Positions 44,952-56,049 of a stretch of 64,000 bases of DNA are shown here, piece by piece. The translations under genes and the position numbers were made by a program. Origin of the DNA: an uncultured Methanoregulaceae archaeon (GTDB taxonomy: Archaea > Halobacteriota > Methanomicrobia > Methanomicrobiales > Methanospirillaceae); NCBI GenBank assembly GCA_963705255.1, contig OY970061.1:1504001-1568000 (forward strand). The letters run 5' to 3'. The notes beneath the pieces were generated by a model, which saw only the letters and a program-made list of their open reading frames with translations, searched no databases and had not been told where the DNA came from. Numbering within the stretch: the stretch's first letter is position 1; each line of letters begins with the position of its first letter.

Positions 44952-45283
44952 CAGGCTGTCTCCATCTCATCAATGTTTTGGGACTTCCTTACCATTATAC
45001 GGTCCAGAGCGGGATAATTTGGACCTCGGAGGTCTGAAATTTTCCTTTCATAATACGTAAAGAAAAATCTGCCTATCATATTCCGATTTTGCATAGGGAT
45101 GTGATTATGTATGGTAAAAATACTATTTATACAGATGTGGTTAACATCTATGAGATGTAAAACAAAATAGGTTAATCACAATAAAAAGAGTCGGAATCTT
45201 CGTTTCGTATTTAATGATGATCTTCATCTGATATCTCAACAGATGAAAATATTACCTGAAACCGCCACATACCGGATACGATC

Positions 45284-45586
45284 ATGCCTTCCCCCTTTCC
45301 GAATCCCGTGCCACCCTTTCCCGGCTGGACATGTCGGGAATACCGGCTCTCCCGCCCGCTAACGGAAGATGACGTTGCGGCTTTTTTAGGCAACGAGGAA
45401 CGCTACGTGCGGGACACAGAAGCCGGCCGGGTGAATATCATTCACAAATACGGGCTTGTCGAACTCCATTGCATCATCGGCGAGAATCATATCGAAGTCT
45501 GGTTTGCCCCGGATAAAGAGGCCTATTCTTCGGAGTACCTGGATGCCCTTCTATCGACCCGGTTCAATCAGGTGCCGGTCTTCTGA
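45284..45586 (+). CDS. Hypothetical protein
   Basis: 100-aa protein-like ORF in an otherwise free interval. Confidence 0.6.
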   Translation: MPSPFPNPVPPFPGWTCREYRLSRPLTEDDVAAFLGNEERYVRDTEAGRVNIIHKYGLVELHCIIGENHIEVWFAPDKEAYSSEYLDALLSTRFNQVPVF

Positions 45587-45606
45587 AAAACCAAAAAAGG
45601 AGGAAT

Positions 45607-45828
45607 TTAATCGATCCCTACCATAACTTCGGATGCCTTCATGACTGCGTAGACTTTTGATCCTTCCCGCAGATTCATTTTTTCTGCAGAATGGGTGGTG
45701 ATGGATGAGACGATCTCATTGCCACCGGCAATTGAGATAACAACTTCCGTGCTTACCGGACCTTTCTTGATCATCTTCACCGTTCCCGGGATCTGGTTTC
45801 GTGCACTGATATTCACGGTTTCCACCAC
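45607..45828 (-). CDS. TOBE/Mop molybdate-binding protein (second copy)
   Basis: NISARNQIPG, SSITT.S, AVMKASEVM. Confidence 0.9.
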   Translation of the reverse strand: MVETVNISARNQIPGTVKMIKKGPVSTEVVISIAGGNEIVSSITTHSAEKMNLREGSKVYAVMKASEVMVGID

Positions 45829-45930
45829 GCGTACTTATTGCTGGTTGTATTTGAATATTTCAACAGCCAGCAGACTTTACCTAAAAAGCATATCACCATA
45901 GAAAACACAATGAGAAGAGACAGGTGTACC

Positions 45931-47685
45931 ATGGCCGGCCCCTACCTGAACAGTGGTGAAACGATAATTCTGACAACCCCCAGGATTAGTGTCGGCTCCG
46001 CCATCTTCGACATGATGCTTACGACCCGTCGTATCATCCTTGTTGATAACCGGTACTCCCGCTTCGAACCACAGATGATCCCGTTTTCAACCATACTTAC
46101 CGTAAAGGGCGGGAAGATCCCCACCGGCGAACCAGTTATCTCCATCTCTTGCAGCGACACAGACGGTTCTGTTGAGCCGGTAGTTACCAATCTCATATTT
46201 TCCCAGCAGCCTGCCGAACTGAGGAAGGAGGAGCGGGATCTCTGGGTAAAGAAAATTATTGAACTCGTAATATCAGCCCGGCAAAACGGTACCAACTCAG
46301 ATTCCCTGCCAGCAGATCAGGACACAGGAATGCGGCCTTCGGTCCGCCGCTGGAACGCTCCCGATCACCTCCGCCCGCACTCCTCAATCCAAAAAACCCC
46401 TCCGGAAGTTACTGAAGTTGTCGTAACTCATGATGAACCGGGCACACCCTCTTCCTTGGATGACACAGAATTTTCATCAGGCACAACAGTCACGAAACGA
46501 TCAGAAATTTTTGAAGATTGGACCACTGCGGGAGAACCGACAATCGATGCGGAATCATCTGAAGGTACCGGGGCGGAGGTTCAAAAATCACCTGTTTCAA
46601 AAGAAGAAGATTTGGATACGCAGGAAAAGGACGATTCGCCAGCTGCCGTTGAACCGTCAGGTTCTCCGGCAGGAATGCCTGAATTTTCAGCAGGGTCCAC
46701 ACCTGCAGAATCACCGGGAGATGCATCTGACCTGATGCCCAGGAATCAGACCAGTTCCCAGGCCTCCCTTGCCGATACGATCCTTCTGGCAGCAAAATCC
46801 CTGATTTCTGACCAGGATGCGAGAGTTACGCAGGATATGAACGTGGTTTCAACGCCTGCTGATGTGGCGTCTCCCGGTGGAAGAAACCTTGAATTATCGG
46901 AAGATGATGTATCGATAAAAACTGCCGGAGATGAACTACAACCGGGAACTATTTTACCACTCTCTCAAACGGTCCCTGATCTCGCGTCTGTTTCCCAGGA
47001 AATGGTAACACCGACAGGTACTCGAACCCACAAAGGGGAAGACAGCGGTGCTCTCGTGGAGGCCCCTGTCGGTAAAACGGATGTAACCGGTCCTGCAGAA
47101 CTCTCGGAACCAAAATCAGCTGTGCATGATGGAGCACATATCTCTCATCCGTTCAAACCATCGTTCAAAAGGTTACCGGTAACTGTTGTAGCCCTGGTAG
47201 TTATCGCGGTGGTTCTGGTCGTCGTGGGAGCATTTTTCCTGTCGATCTTCTCATCCGGAAGCACCAGCAATTTGCCGCCGGAAACCCGTCCTGGGATTAC
47301 TGTCAACGTAACACCAACGATCACTCCTCTAACGATACCCTCCACCGGCATCTGGATACGAGTTATGTATCCCGGCACATTCATCGGAACTGTTGGCAAT
47401 CCCGGGTATCTTTTCCAGGTTTACGGTTCCGGAGACAAGTTCTATAAAACACTGAGGAGTGACGGCTTCATACAGGCAACGGTGCGGAAGCGGGACTACT
47501 CAGGAGACACGCTCACTGTCGAAGTCTATGTCAATGGATCGATGATCGCCCATAGGGCAGTTGCAAAGCCGATGGGCGAGATAAACCTCCTCATCGATGC
47601 CAAGGGAAATCTCCCTGGCATTCCTCCCACTTTAAATCTGACTAAACAAACACCAGCAGGTAATAACCGGCTTCTCTATATATGA
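45931..47685 (+). CDS. Membrane protein: PH-like N-domain, long acidic linker, TM, C-terminal beta domain
   Basis: MAGPYLNSGETIILTT, LTTRRIILVD; TM VTVVALVVIAVVLVVVGAFFL; paralog of 20119..21182. Confidence 0.7.
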   Translation: MAGPYLNSGETIILTTPRISVGSAIFDMMLTTRRIILVDNRYSRFEPQMIPFSTILTVKGGKIPTGEPVISISCSDTDGSVEPVVTNLIFSQQPAELRKEERDLWVKKIIELVISARQNGTNSDSLPADQDTGMRPSVRRWNAPDHLRPHSSIQKTPPEVTEVVVTHDEPGTPSSLDDTEFSSGTTVTKRSEIFEDWTTAGEPTIDAESSEGTGAEVQKSPVSKEEDLDTQEKDDSPAAVEPSGSPAGMPEFSAGSTPAESPGDASDLMPRNQTSSQASLADTILLAAKSLISDQDARVTQDMNVVSTPADVASPGGRNLELSEDDVSIKTAGDELQPGTILPLSQTVPDLASVSQEMVTPTGTRTHKGEDSGALVEAPVGKTDVTGPAELSEPKSAVHDGAHISHPFKPSFKRLPVTVVALVVIAVVLVVVGAFFLSIFSSGSTSNLPPETRPGITVNVTPTITPLTIPSTGIWIRVMYPGTFIGTVGNPGYLFQVYGSGDKFYKTLRSDGFIQATVRKRDYSGDTLTVEVYVNGSMIAHRAVAKPMGEINLLIDAKGNLPGIPPTLNLTKQTPAGNNRLLYI

Positions 47686-47859
47686 AAAAAGGTTTTCCGG
47701 CGAAGCGGGACAACCGGGAACAGATAGTCTGCGTTCCGCGTTCATGGTGAATTTATTATATCGTTACCAGATAGAACCGGTTTTTCCCTTTTGATCAGCT
47801 GACATTCCACGATATCATAACCCTATGATTAATAACCAGTTTCTTCTCATTACTGGTAG

Positions 47860-48747
47860 ATGCAGAAAGATTTTGGCATTCATATGAAAGGAGGCGTCAT
47901 CACCGAACGGGATCCCGATCTGTCCACCGTCCGCATCAGAGCGCCTGCCGGCATTCTTACTATCGATCAGATGCGTGGTATCGCAAAGATCGCCAAAAAA
48001 TATGGGGCCGGTGTGGTCCACTGCACTACGCGCCAGACCCTGGAGATCCCGCATGTCAATCCCGGCATGCTCAAAAAAGTTGGAGCGGAACTCGAAAAGA
48101 ACGGTACACCGGTCGGCTCTGAAAAAGATGAAGTGGTCAATATCATCGCGTGCCCCGGTGTCGAGCGCTGTAAATATGCAAATATCGATACCATCAGCCT
48201 TGCAAAAAAAATCGATGCAAAGCTGTTTGGCAAAGAGATGCCGGTCAAGATGCGCATCGCCCTGTCAGGCTGCCCGAATGCCTGTACAAGCCCCATGCTC
48301 AACGAGATAGGCGTGATCGGAAGAATACGCCCGCTCCGCACGCCCGGCCTCTGTACCGGGTGTGGATCCTGTGCGTACTACTGCAAAGAGAAGGCCATTG
48401 TCATCAGGAATGGAATATCGGAGCTCAAGGAGGACAGATGTGTCCAGTGCGGCATCTGCGTCAAGTCCTGTTCATTCGATCTGCTCAAGTCCGAACACCG
48501 GCATTTTCTCATCACCGTTGGAGGGAGGCGCGGGAGGCACCCGAAGATCGGCAGGGAATTACTGACCGTTGAAACCGAGGACCAGGTCATTTTTGCCATC
48601 GAAAAGATCATCAACTGGGTCTACCGCCGGGCGTGGAGCGGCAGGCTCCTTTCCGAACAGATGGATGAGATCCATTTCGAGAAGTTCCGGGAGGAGATCG
48701 TAAAGCAGGTGCCGGAAGCAGGGGCGGTGGGGTCGGCAAAAAGATGA
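47860..48747 (+). CDS. Nitrite/sulfite reductase-like protein (Dsr-LP type) with 2x[4Fe-4S] ferredoxin domain
   Basis: HCTTRQ, siroheme-FeS Cys motifs CPGVERC and SGCPNAC, CTGCGSC..YC and CVQCGICVKSC. Confidence 0.85.
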   Translation: MQKDFGIHMKGGVITERDPDLSTVRIRAPAGILTIDQMRGIAKIAKKYGAGVVHCTTRQTLEIPHVNPGMLKKVGAELEKNGTPVGSEKDEVVNIIACPGVERCKYANIDTISLAKKIDAKLFGKEMPVKMRIALSGCPNACTSPMLNEIGVIGRIRPLRTPGLCTGCGSCAYYCKEKAIVIRNGISELKEDRCVQCGICVKSCSFDLLKSEHRHFLITVGGRRGRHPKIGRELLTVETEDQVIFAIEKIINWVYRRAWSGRLLSEQMDEIHFEKFREEIVKQVPEAGAVGSAKR

Positions 48748-48853
48748 TGGTACGGATATTTCGCGAGTTTATGCGATCATTGAATTGTTTAAGATCGGAA
48801 AAAGCCATTTAATTCCCAATAAATTACCGTTGAAATAACCCGCAGGTGTCGTT

Positions 48854-49135
48854 GGCATCTTCTTGAACCTGCCCTTATCAGTGGCAACGGCAGGTCTCCT
48901 TATGAGAGATGCCCCGTTGCAAAAACGATTCGAAGGTTTCACCTTCTCGAATCAGTCCTCGCTGATGCGACAACTGATTCCTGTCGGTTTTTGCGCTATC
49001 CAGAAAGTTGTCTTTTTGTTTGCTCCAAGTCCAAAACAGGTAAAACTGCGTCATCGCAACGCGGGGGCTATCGCGGCGGGGGGCGAGTCGAAGAACCCTT
49101 CGGGTTCTTCTCCAGCCTGGTTTTCCCTTCGGGAA
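48854..49135. other. Multi-hairpin intergenic element with two CTTCGG-capped stems
   Basis: GGCATCT/AGATGCC, ACCTGCC/GGCAGGT, GCAAAAAC/GTTTTTGC, GAAGAACCCTTCGGGTTCTTC (49090-49110), TTCCCTTCGGGAA (49123-49135). Confidence 0.45.
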
Positions 49136-49297
49136 CAGCAGTCTCTCCCGAGAACGTTATCTTTTTCGAGATCGTCATGAATTTCTAAAATAAAATCATG
49201 AAAATTATCGATCGCCCATCTTAAATTAATAAAAAAACTGTCACAGATTCCCCTTTTTGGGAACCCGTCGGAGTGCGTGCGAAAAAGGAAAGTGGGA

Positions 49298-50098
49298 TCA
49301 GATCTTCTTATAGAGATTTGCGTACACTACCTGACCTTTCTTCTTCTTGTGGCGCTCACCCATGTCGCCAATGAAGTGGGCAAATTTCCCCTTGACACCA
49401 TCGACTTCGAGCTCGACTTCGCCATTGGGTTTGAAGCCTGGCATCATTGTCTCAATGGAGCCAAAGACATAGATGGTGCCTTCGACCATCTGTCCGCCGA
49501 CCTTACTCTTGGCATTGCCCTTGATAATAATCTTTCCGCCTTCCGCGTGGGTTGCGACATGAACGTCAACATTGCCGTTGACAACGATCACTCCGCCAAG
49601 CATGTACATACCGATATCTGAACCGGCATCGCCCTTGACAAGGATCTTCCCGCCGGACATCCCGCGCCAGTCGCCACGGTATGCGGCACCGAGATAATTA
49701 CCTGCATTGCCCTCAATGGTCAGCTCGCCGCCTTTCATGGCAGTTGCGGCAAATGCCCCGACATCCCCCTTCGCAAGCAATTTGCCGCCGGTCATCCAAG
49801 CACCGACATACTGGTCGGCGCTGCCTTCGATGACCATCTCCCCGGCGCTCATCTTGAAGCCAAGGTACTTGACCTTCTTGACATCGCCCTTTACGACGAT
49901 CTTTGTCTCTGCAGCCGTTGCACCGGCGTTTCCGCTGACCTCGAAATATGCGCCGAGGGTCGAAGTGGTGTTGCCCTCATGAACATGGAGTCCTCCGATC
50001 TGGGCTGCGGTCTTCCCCGCGAATACATCGGGTGATACATTGTCCGCCTCGAGATAGAGTGCAGGTGCATTCTTTATGGTAATGGTTACGGTTTCCAT
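49298..50098 (-). CDS. fwdC: Formylmethanofuran dehydrogenase subunit C
   Basis: GXGXXM beta-helix repeats, GAAYRGDWRGMSGG; operon position. Confidence 0.93.
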   Translation of the reverse strand: METVTITIKNAPALYLEADNVSPDVFAGKTAAQIGGLHVHEGNTTSTLGAYFEVSGNAGATAAETKIVVKGDVKKVKYLGFKMSAGEMVIEGSADQYVGAWMTGGKLLAKGDVGAFAATAMKGGELTIEGNAGNYLGAAYRGDWRGMSGGKILVKGDAGSDIGMYMLGGVIVVNGNVDVHVATHAEGGKIIIKGNAKSKVGGQMVEGTIYVFGSIETMMPGFKPNGEVELEVDGVKGKFAHFIGDMGERHKKKKGQVVYANLYKKI

Positions 50099-50109
50099 CT
50101 CTTTCCACC

Positions 50110-51820
50110 TCACTGGGTTGCATCCACCTCAACCGCGTACGGGTTCGGGACAAAGTGGTGCCCGAGCGCTTCGTAGTTCGCTTGGGTCACGCTGTAGTAT
50201 TTCACGAACTTTTCGTTGATGTCACGCATGACCTGCGGGTTGTCCTTGACCTTTGCATTGACCCAAAGCGTACGTTTGTGTCCGTTGTCGACGATCTCGC
50301 CGTTCTGGACGACCTGAACGCCGCTCTTGAAGACAGACTGCACAGCGTGAGAACGCCTTCTCGATGTCCTCGGGGTCTGCCACCGGTTTGTCCGGGTTTA
50401 AGTTATACACTGCAACGTCGGCATCCATACCGGGGGCGAGACCGCCGCACATGCCGGAGAGTCCGAGCGACTTGGCCGGGCCTGCACGGGTCATCTGGGC
50501 AAGTTCGTAGAGCGAGATCTCGCGGTCCAAGCTGCCGATACTGGTCTGTGAAAGGACTTTGTCCTTGTGCTTGAATGCATTGACCTGTGCCTCGCGTGCC
50601 TTTGCAGACATCAGCCACTTGATGACACGGGGGTAGCGGGTGAACGGGCCTGCGTTCGGGTGGTCGGTGGTGATGTAGCAGCGCATCGGGTCCTTCATCA
50701 TCAGGGGGATCTCAAGGCCGATTGCCCACTGGATGGCACAGACCGAGATGTTCGGGCTGTAGATATACGGGACAACGCCGGCTGCGGTCTCAAGCTCCAC
50801 GTCAACATTCGCCCACTTCAGGTGGTTGAGACCGGTGAGGTGGTGCTCGAACGGGCCATCGGCGGTCATCGTCGTGGTCTCGTCGAGGGTGACATTACCG
50901 GTATCGATAGTTATGTTCTTGTTCTTATTGACGTAGTCCGTGATCTCCTTGGCTTTGGACTCGAAATCTCCCCAGTTTGTCCCCCCGTAGGAGTGGAACT
51001 GGGTGTGGGTGAGGTGCATGACCTGCTCGCGGCCGAACTTGTTCTTGGCCTTGTAGCCTTCGGCAAGTTTCAGAGTGTCGAGCGTGGTCTCATAGCATCC
51101 CGGGTTCCCGAGGTTGTTCGGGTGGATATGCATCGAATGCGGGAGGCCGAGGTACTCGTTGGCCTCGATCAGGCCCTTAATGATCTCAGCCGGAGTGATG
51201 TCGAAGTACGGCACCGGGTCGTTGACCGTAAGGCAGTTCAGGCCCCAGGCCCATGCCTCGGTTCCACCGGGGTTGACAACCTTGACGGCGTACCCCTTGG
51301 TGACGCGGAGCAGCCATGCGATGTAGGCTGCGGTGTTCTCTACCTCGTTGTTCTTGAGATATTCCATGACGAACCAGTTGTTCCCGAAGACCGGGAATGC
51401 TCCCTCGTCGATGATGGGGGTGTCGCGGATCTCCTCGTGGACGTGGCGGGAGAAGAGCGGGGGCATTGCCGCTTCCATCGCGGTGGTGTAACCCATCTTC
51501 GCGTACTCGTAGCCGGTCTTGAACGTGGTCGGGATCGAGGCCCCGCCGCCCATCCGCTCCATGCCCCTTGTTGGTGTGCAGGAAAAGAGCTTGTCCTCGG
51601 GACGGTAGATACGACCGAGGTTGACCTTGGGTCCCGCGATGTGGGCGTGGATCTCCACTGCACCCGCCATGACTGTCTTGTCCTTGGCATCGATGACCTT
51701 TGCACCGGACCCGACCTTGTCTACGATCTTTCCATCCTTGATTGCGATATCTTTCTTGTCGCCCTTGATACCCTGGACCGGGTCAAAGACGTGCCCGTTC
51801 TTAATGATGTATTCTGACAT
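50110..51820 (-). CDS. fwdA: Formylmethanofuran dehydrogenase subunit A; apparent frameshift near 50337
   Basis: EIHAHIAGPKVN, KVVNPGG, PHSMHIH, TTDHPNAGPFTRYP; C-terminus in ORF 50110..50343. Confidence 0.93.
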
Positions 51821-51822
51821 GG

Positions 51823-53139
51823 TTATGCCGCCCCCTTGAGCTGTCTGAGGCGATCACGGACTTTGATCAGGAACTGCTCGTCGGTGAGCATTCCCTCGGG
51901 GGGCTCAACGACCTTGCGGCAGTCAATCGGTACGTTATCCATACGATAGCAGTTGCCACCGGTCTCGACACCATTGAAGGCCACCGGGACATGGAGTTTT
52001 GATACGCCGGAGGTCGGGGTCAGGTGCGGATCAATACATACAGATGGGACTTTTGCGATCTGTTTGACGGCACTGATCGGGAAATGAGCGCCCGGATCGC
52101 TGCCGATAGTGAACATCGCGTCCACCTCGCCACGTACCAGCAGGTCGATCGAGCTGGTGTCGCCGGGGTTGTAGCGGGCGAAACCGCGGGTGAGGTCAAC
52201 GGAATACGGGAACCCGAACTGCCATGCGAAGACTTCGCCGGAGCCGGTAACATTATAGTGGCCCCGCATCGGCATGATCGAAAATTTCGTATACTCGTTC
52301 AGGTCCTTTGTGACGGCGATTGCCTCGTCAATGTTGTGGTTCTTCCCGAGGGTCTGAGTGACACCCATACCGAAGAAGATGATACCGAACCGGCCGCTTT
52401 TCATCATGTCCGCAGCTTCGCGGATCTTTTCCTTGGGTATACCAGCTACGACATCGGGCAGCCATTCGCCACGGAAAGCGACACGGAGTGCGTTGAGCAG
52501 TTCGTAGTCCTTGCCCTGTTCCACCTGCAAGTGGACGTCCGCCATCTTCGCGGTGTCGGTTGTGCGGGGATCAACGACGATCAGCTTGCGGCTCATCTGT
52601 CCCTTGCCAGTGAAGAACCCGCGGGGGAATATGGAGTACCGGGACATGTGCCGGGGGTGGGCATGTGCCGGGTTGCAGCCCCAGAAGATGATCCGGTCTG
52701 CACGGTTCTTGATCTCCCCAAGGGTACAACTCGGCAGGCCAATATCCTGTACGGCAATGAGGGTTGTGCCATGACAGACTGCCGCGGTATTGTCGCAGCA
52801 GGCACGGGAGATCTCGGCAATCTCGTTGCCGACGCTCTGGGCCTCGCAGTTGGTGGAAGACCAGCCGTACATCAACGGCTTCTTTGCCTTTGCCAGCAGC
52901 TGGGCGGTGTATTCGACTGCCTCGTCATAGCTGATCTCCTTCCACGACCCGTCGGGCTGGTGGAGCCGGGGACGGGTGACACGGTCAGAGGACTGGGAGT
53001 GCAGGAACTTCTCGGTCCCGATCACGCAGGCATTGTAGACTTCCATGAGTTTCTTGCCGTCATCGGAGACGACAACTTCGAGGTCGTCACAGAGTGTCCC
53101 GCAGAACGGGCAGATAACATCGGTTATGGTCTTGGTCAT
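51823..53139 (-). CDS. fwdB: Formylmethanofuran dehydrogenase subunit B (Mo/W-pterin catalytic)
   Basis: CPFCGTLCDD, AVCHG, WGCNPAHAHPRH, MRGHYNV, YRMDNVP. Confidence 0.95.
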   Translation of the reverse strand: MTKTITDVICPFCGTLCDDLEVVVSDDGKKLMEVYNACVIGTEKFLHSQSSDRVTRPRLHQPDGSWKEISYDEAVEYTAQLLAKAKKPLMYGWSSTNCEAQSVGNEIAEISRACCDNTAAVCHGTTLIAVQDIGLPSCTLGEIKNRADRIIFWGCNPAHAHPRHMSRYSIFPRGFFTGKGQMSRKLIVVDPRTTDTAKMADVHLQVEQGKDYELLNALRVAFRGEWLPDVVAGIPKEKIREAADMMKSGRFGIIFFGMGVTQTLGKNHNIDEAIAVTKDLNEYTKFSIMPMRGHYNVTGSGEVFAWQFGFPYSVDLTRGFARYNPGDTSSIDLLVRGEVDAMFTIGSDPGAHFPISAVKQIAKVPSVCIDPHLTPTSGVSKLHVPVAFNGVETGGNCYRMDNVPIDCRKVVEPPEGMLTDEQFLIKVRDRLRQLKGAA

Positions 53140-53141
53140 CG

Positions 53142-53543
53142 TTAGTTCACCCCGCACTGTTTCTGTACGAGTTCGATGCCGAGCAGGATCGGTTCGTTGG
53201 CCGCCATCTCGACCGTGACCGCGACACCCTTGAAGGTCGGCATACCGGTAGAGTAGGTGTTGGGGTCGGTGATTGAGTTCGCCCACGGTCCCATCGGAAT
53301 GAAGGCAACGCCAGGGTGCGGTCCCTGGGTAGTCTCGATCGCCTTAACCACAACGTTTCCGTGCGGGCTGGTTACTCTGACATTCGTGTTCTTCCAGACG
53401 CCCAGTCTCTTGAAGTCCGTGGGGTCCAGTTCGATGATTCCGGCGGCAGTCCTGTAGAGGGGCTTCTCCTTGCCGCCCTCGATTGCCACTCCCTGCTGGA
53501 TGGAGCGTCCTGAGATCAGGTTCAGCGTAATCTTGTTTGCCAT
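53142..53543 (-). CDS. fwdD: Formylmethanofuran dehydrogenase subunit D
   Basis: ISGRSIQQG, FIPMGPWAN, TGMPTFKG. Confidence 0.92.
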   Translation of the reverse strand: MANKITLNLISGRSIQQGVAIEGGKEKPLYRTAAGIIELDPTDFKRLGVWKNTNVRVTSPHGNVVVKAIETTQGPHPGVAFIPMGPWANSITDPNTYSTGMPTFKGVAVTVEMAANEPILLGIELVQKQCGVN

Positions 53544-53572
53544 AGTTACTCCTCGTCTCCTAACAGTGAGCC

Positions 53573-53837
53573 TCAGGCCTCTGACGGTACGATATTCTCT
53601 CCCCTACCGGAGAGACGGATCACGTCATAGGGGCAGGCATTGACACACACGCCGCAGCCCGCACAGAGTTCCGCCTTCACGTCAAGGTGAACGGACTTAC
53701 CGTTCCTCACCGCGTAAATCTTTTCCTTCGTTACCGGGTCCACGGTATGCAGTTCAAGTGCATCGACCGGACATGCGATGACGCAGTTGCCACAACCGGT
53801 GCATCGCTCCATGTTTACATGTACCTGAGAACGCCAT
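53573..53837 (-). CDS. fwdG: Formylmethanofuran dehydrogenase subunit G (2x[4Fe-4S]); apparent frameshift near 53825
   Basis: CTGCGNCVIACP and CAGCGVCVNACP; ATG GCG TTC TCA lies out of frame with V-H-V-N-M by one base. Confidence 0.85.
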
Positions 53838-54193
53838 GCGTATCACACACACATTGTCGTCGATAGTTTCAATGTTGCCCGCTAAGTTAGTTAAAGATTT
53901 CCAAATTTACAATAGGTTAACCATGTTTATTAAATCATAAAGAGAAATTATTTAAGATATGCTTTACTTCCGTCGGTGTTTTTTCTGTGATCTTCCATGA
54001 ATTTCTGTGCTTGGGATCATAAAATATATATTTCCGGAAATTCCGGGAGATCCAAGTTTCTCTTGGAGTATATCAGATTGCATGTACTCGTAGCACTCAA
54101 TAACATACTGTGTTTTACTGCGCGGTGAACAGCAGATTTGCGTTGGTGCAATTTATCCATCCGGGCACACGCGCAACTTCAGTCAATGCAATC

Positions 54194-56049
54194 CTACGGA
54201 ACGGATCTCATTTCACCGGTTTTTGTGGTATCGTATCCGCCAAGGCGTACCAGTATTTCCCGGAATTCCGGTGACCGGATCATGTCAATAAGTGGCATTA
54301 TCCGGGGATCCCCGGTATGTTCCCGCCGGATGGCAAGCTCGTACCGCTCGCGGCCTACCGGAACAAATGGTAGGCCGAGGGCTTTTGCCGCACTGAGCAC
54401 GCACATACCTGCGTCAGCCTCTTCACTTTTTACCGCAAGGGCAACGGCGATATGGGTGGTCACTTCCCGCTCGTAACCCGGGAGAGAGGCCGGATCGATC
54501 CCCGCTTTCTTCAGCTCATAGTCGAGGAGCATCCGTGTCCCTGACCCTTTCTGGCGGTTAATGAAGATCTTTCCCGGAAGATCGGAAAAGATGAGGCCAG
54601 TACGGGAGACGATTCCCTGCTCCCGCTCGGCAACGCAGAGGAGTTCGCACTCAGTGCCGGGAAGGTATTTCTGCAGGAACATGGTGTTGTAACTCCCGTC
54701 CGGTGCAAGGAGGTGGGTCGGAGCAGCGTGACACTGGTCTTTTTTTAAGGCAAGGATCCCGCCCATGCTTCCGGCATGCGTTGAGATGAGCGGGATACCC
54801 CTCCGCCCGAGCAGGTCGGCAAGATAATCCAGCACAGGATCATGGCTCCCGGTCAGGAGGAGGACTGCCTCCGCTTCGCACAACGGCACCATCAGCTGTG
54901 CATCCACCGGATCGCCTTCCTCGTACCCTTCCGAGTCCCGGGGGATGCGGATCAGGGCATTTGCCCGGACACCACTCATCTGGACACCGGCGCCTTTTGA
55001 CTGGGGAGAGACCACCCAGCGGGATCCGACCCGGCCCAGCGAGCAGAGCACAAACTCATCCGAGCCGATATCTTTTGCAACTGCCGTGGTGATCGCTGCC
55101 CTGACAATTTCCGGCTCCGGCACTGCGAGGCCATAGTTCCGGAGGAACGGGACGATGATCTCCCGGATGACGGTCAGGGCCGAGAGGGGGTAGCCCGGCA
55201 TCCCGAAAACCGGTTTCTTCCCGATCCTGCCGATGATGGCGGGTTTCCCGGGCTTGATCGCGATCCCGTGGACGAGCACGTTACCCAGCTCCGCGATAAC
55301 GTCGGCAGTGAAGTCGCGGGTACCGGCAGAGGATCCCGCTGATATGACCACGAGGTCGTTCTCCGCCACTGCCCGTTCGACCGCGGCACGGATCCGGGCC
55401 GGATCGTCCTCTATGAAAGGGTACCGTGTGCACCGGGCCCCGGCCTCCTCCAGCATGGCTTGTGCCATGAGCGTGTTGCTCTCGACAACCTGCCCGGTGC
55501 CGGCCGGGTGCCGCTGGGGACCAGTTCACTCCCCGTGGGGATCAGCCCTGCCCGGACAGTCCGCACGGCAAGGTGAGTGATGCCGTAGGCAGCGAGCGCC
55601 CCGGTCTCATGGGATCGTATCCTGTGGCCGGCAGGCACGATCATCTCCGACTCGGCCAGATCCTCGCCGGCAGGACGGATATACTGCCAGGGAGGGGCCG
55701 ATTTCCGGATGGTGAACCGATCACCCTTCGGCCAGACATCCTCGATCATGATCACCGCATCGAATCCCGTGGGCACAATATTTCCGGTATTCACCCGCTG
55801 AGCATTCCCCAGGGTGACGGGGTGCTGTTCGGACGCACCCCGTGTCTCCTGGCTTGAGACTGCGATCCCGTCCATGGCTGCCAGATGGATCTCCGGAACG
55901 GAATATCTGCTGAATATTGGTTCAGCGGTGATCCTGCCAGTTGCGGATTCTAGGGAAACCTGTTCTGTTGAAGCCACGTACGCAAATTCGCGGGAGAGCA
56001 ATGCGGAGACATCATCAAAGGTCATAACCTCGAGGTAGCGCTTCACCAC
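54194..56049 (-). CDS. moeA: Molybdopterin molybdotransferase MoeA fused to periplasmic-binding-like (PBP) domain; apparent frameshift near 55493
   Basis: AAMDGIAV, VNTGN, PTGSEL, SAGSSAGTRD, IKPGKP, PGYP; C-terminal GSHD, GSMGG, NRQKGSGTR. Confidence 0.9.
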
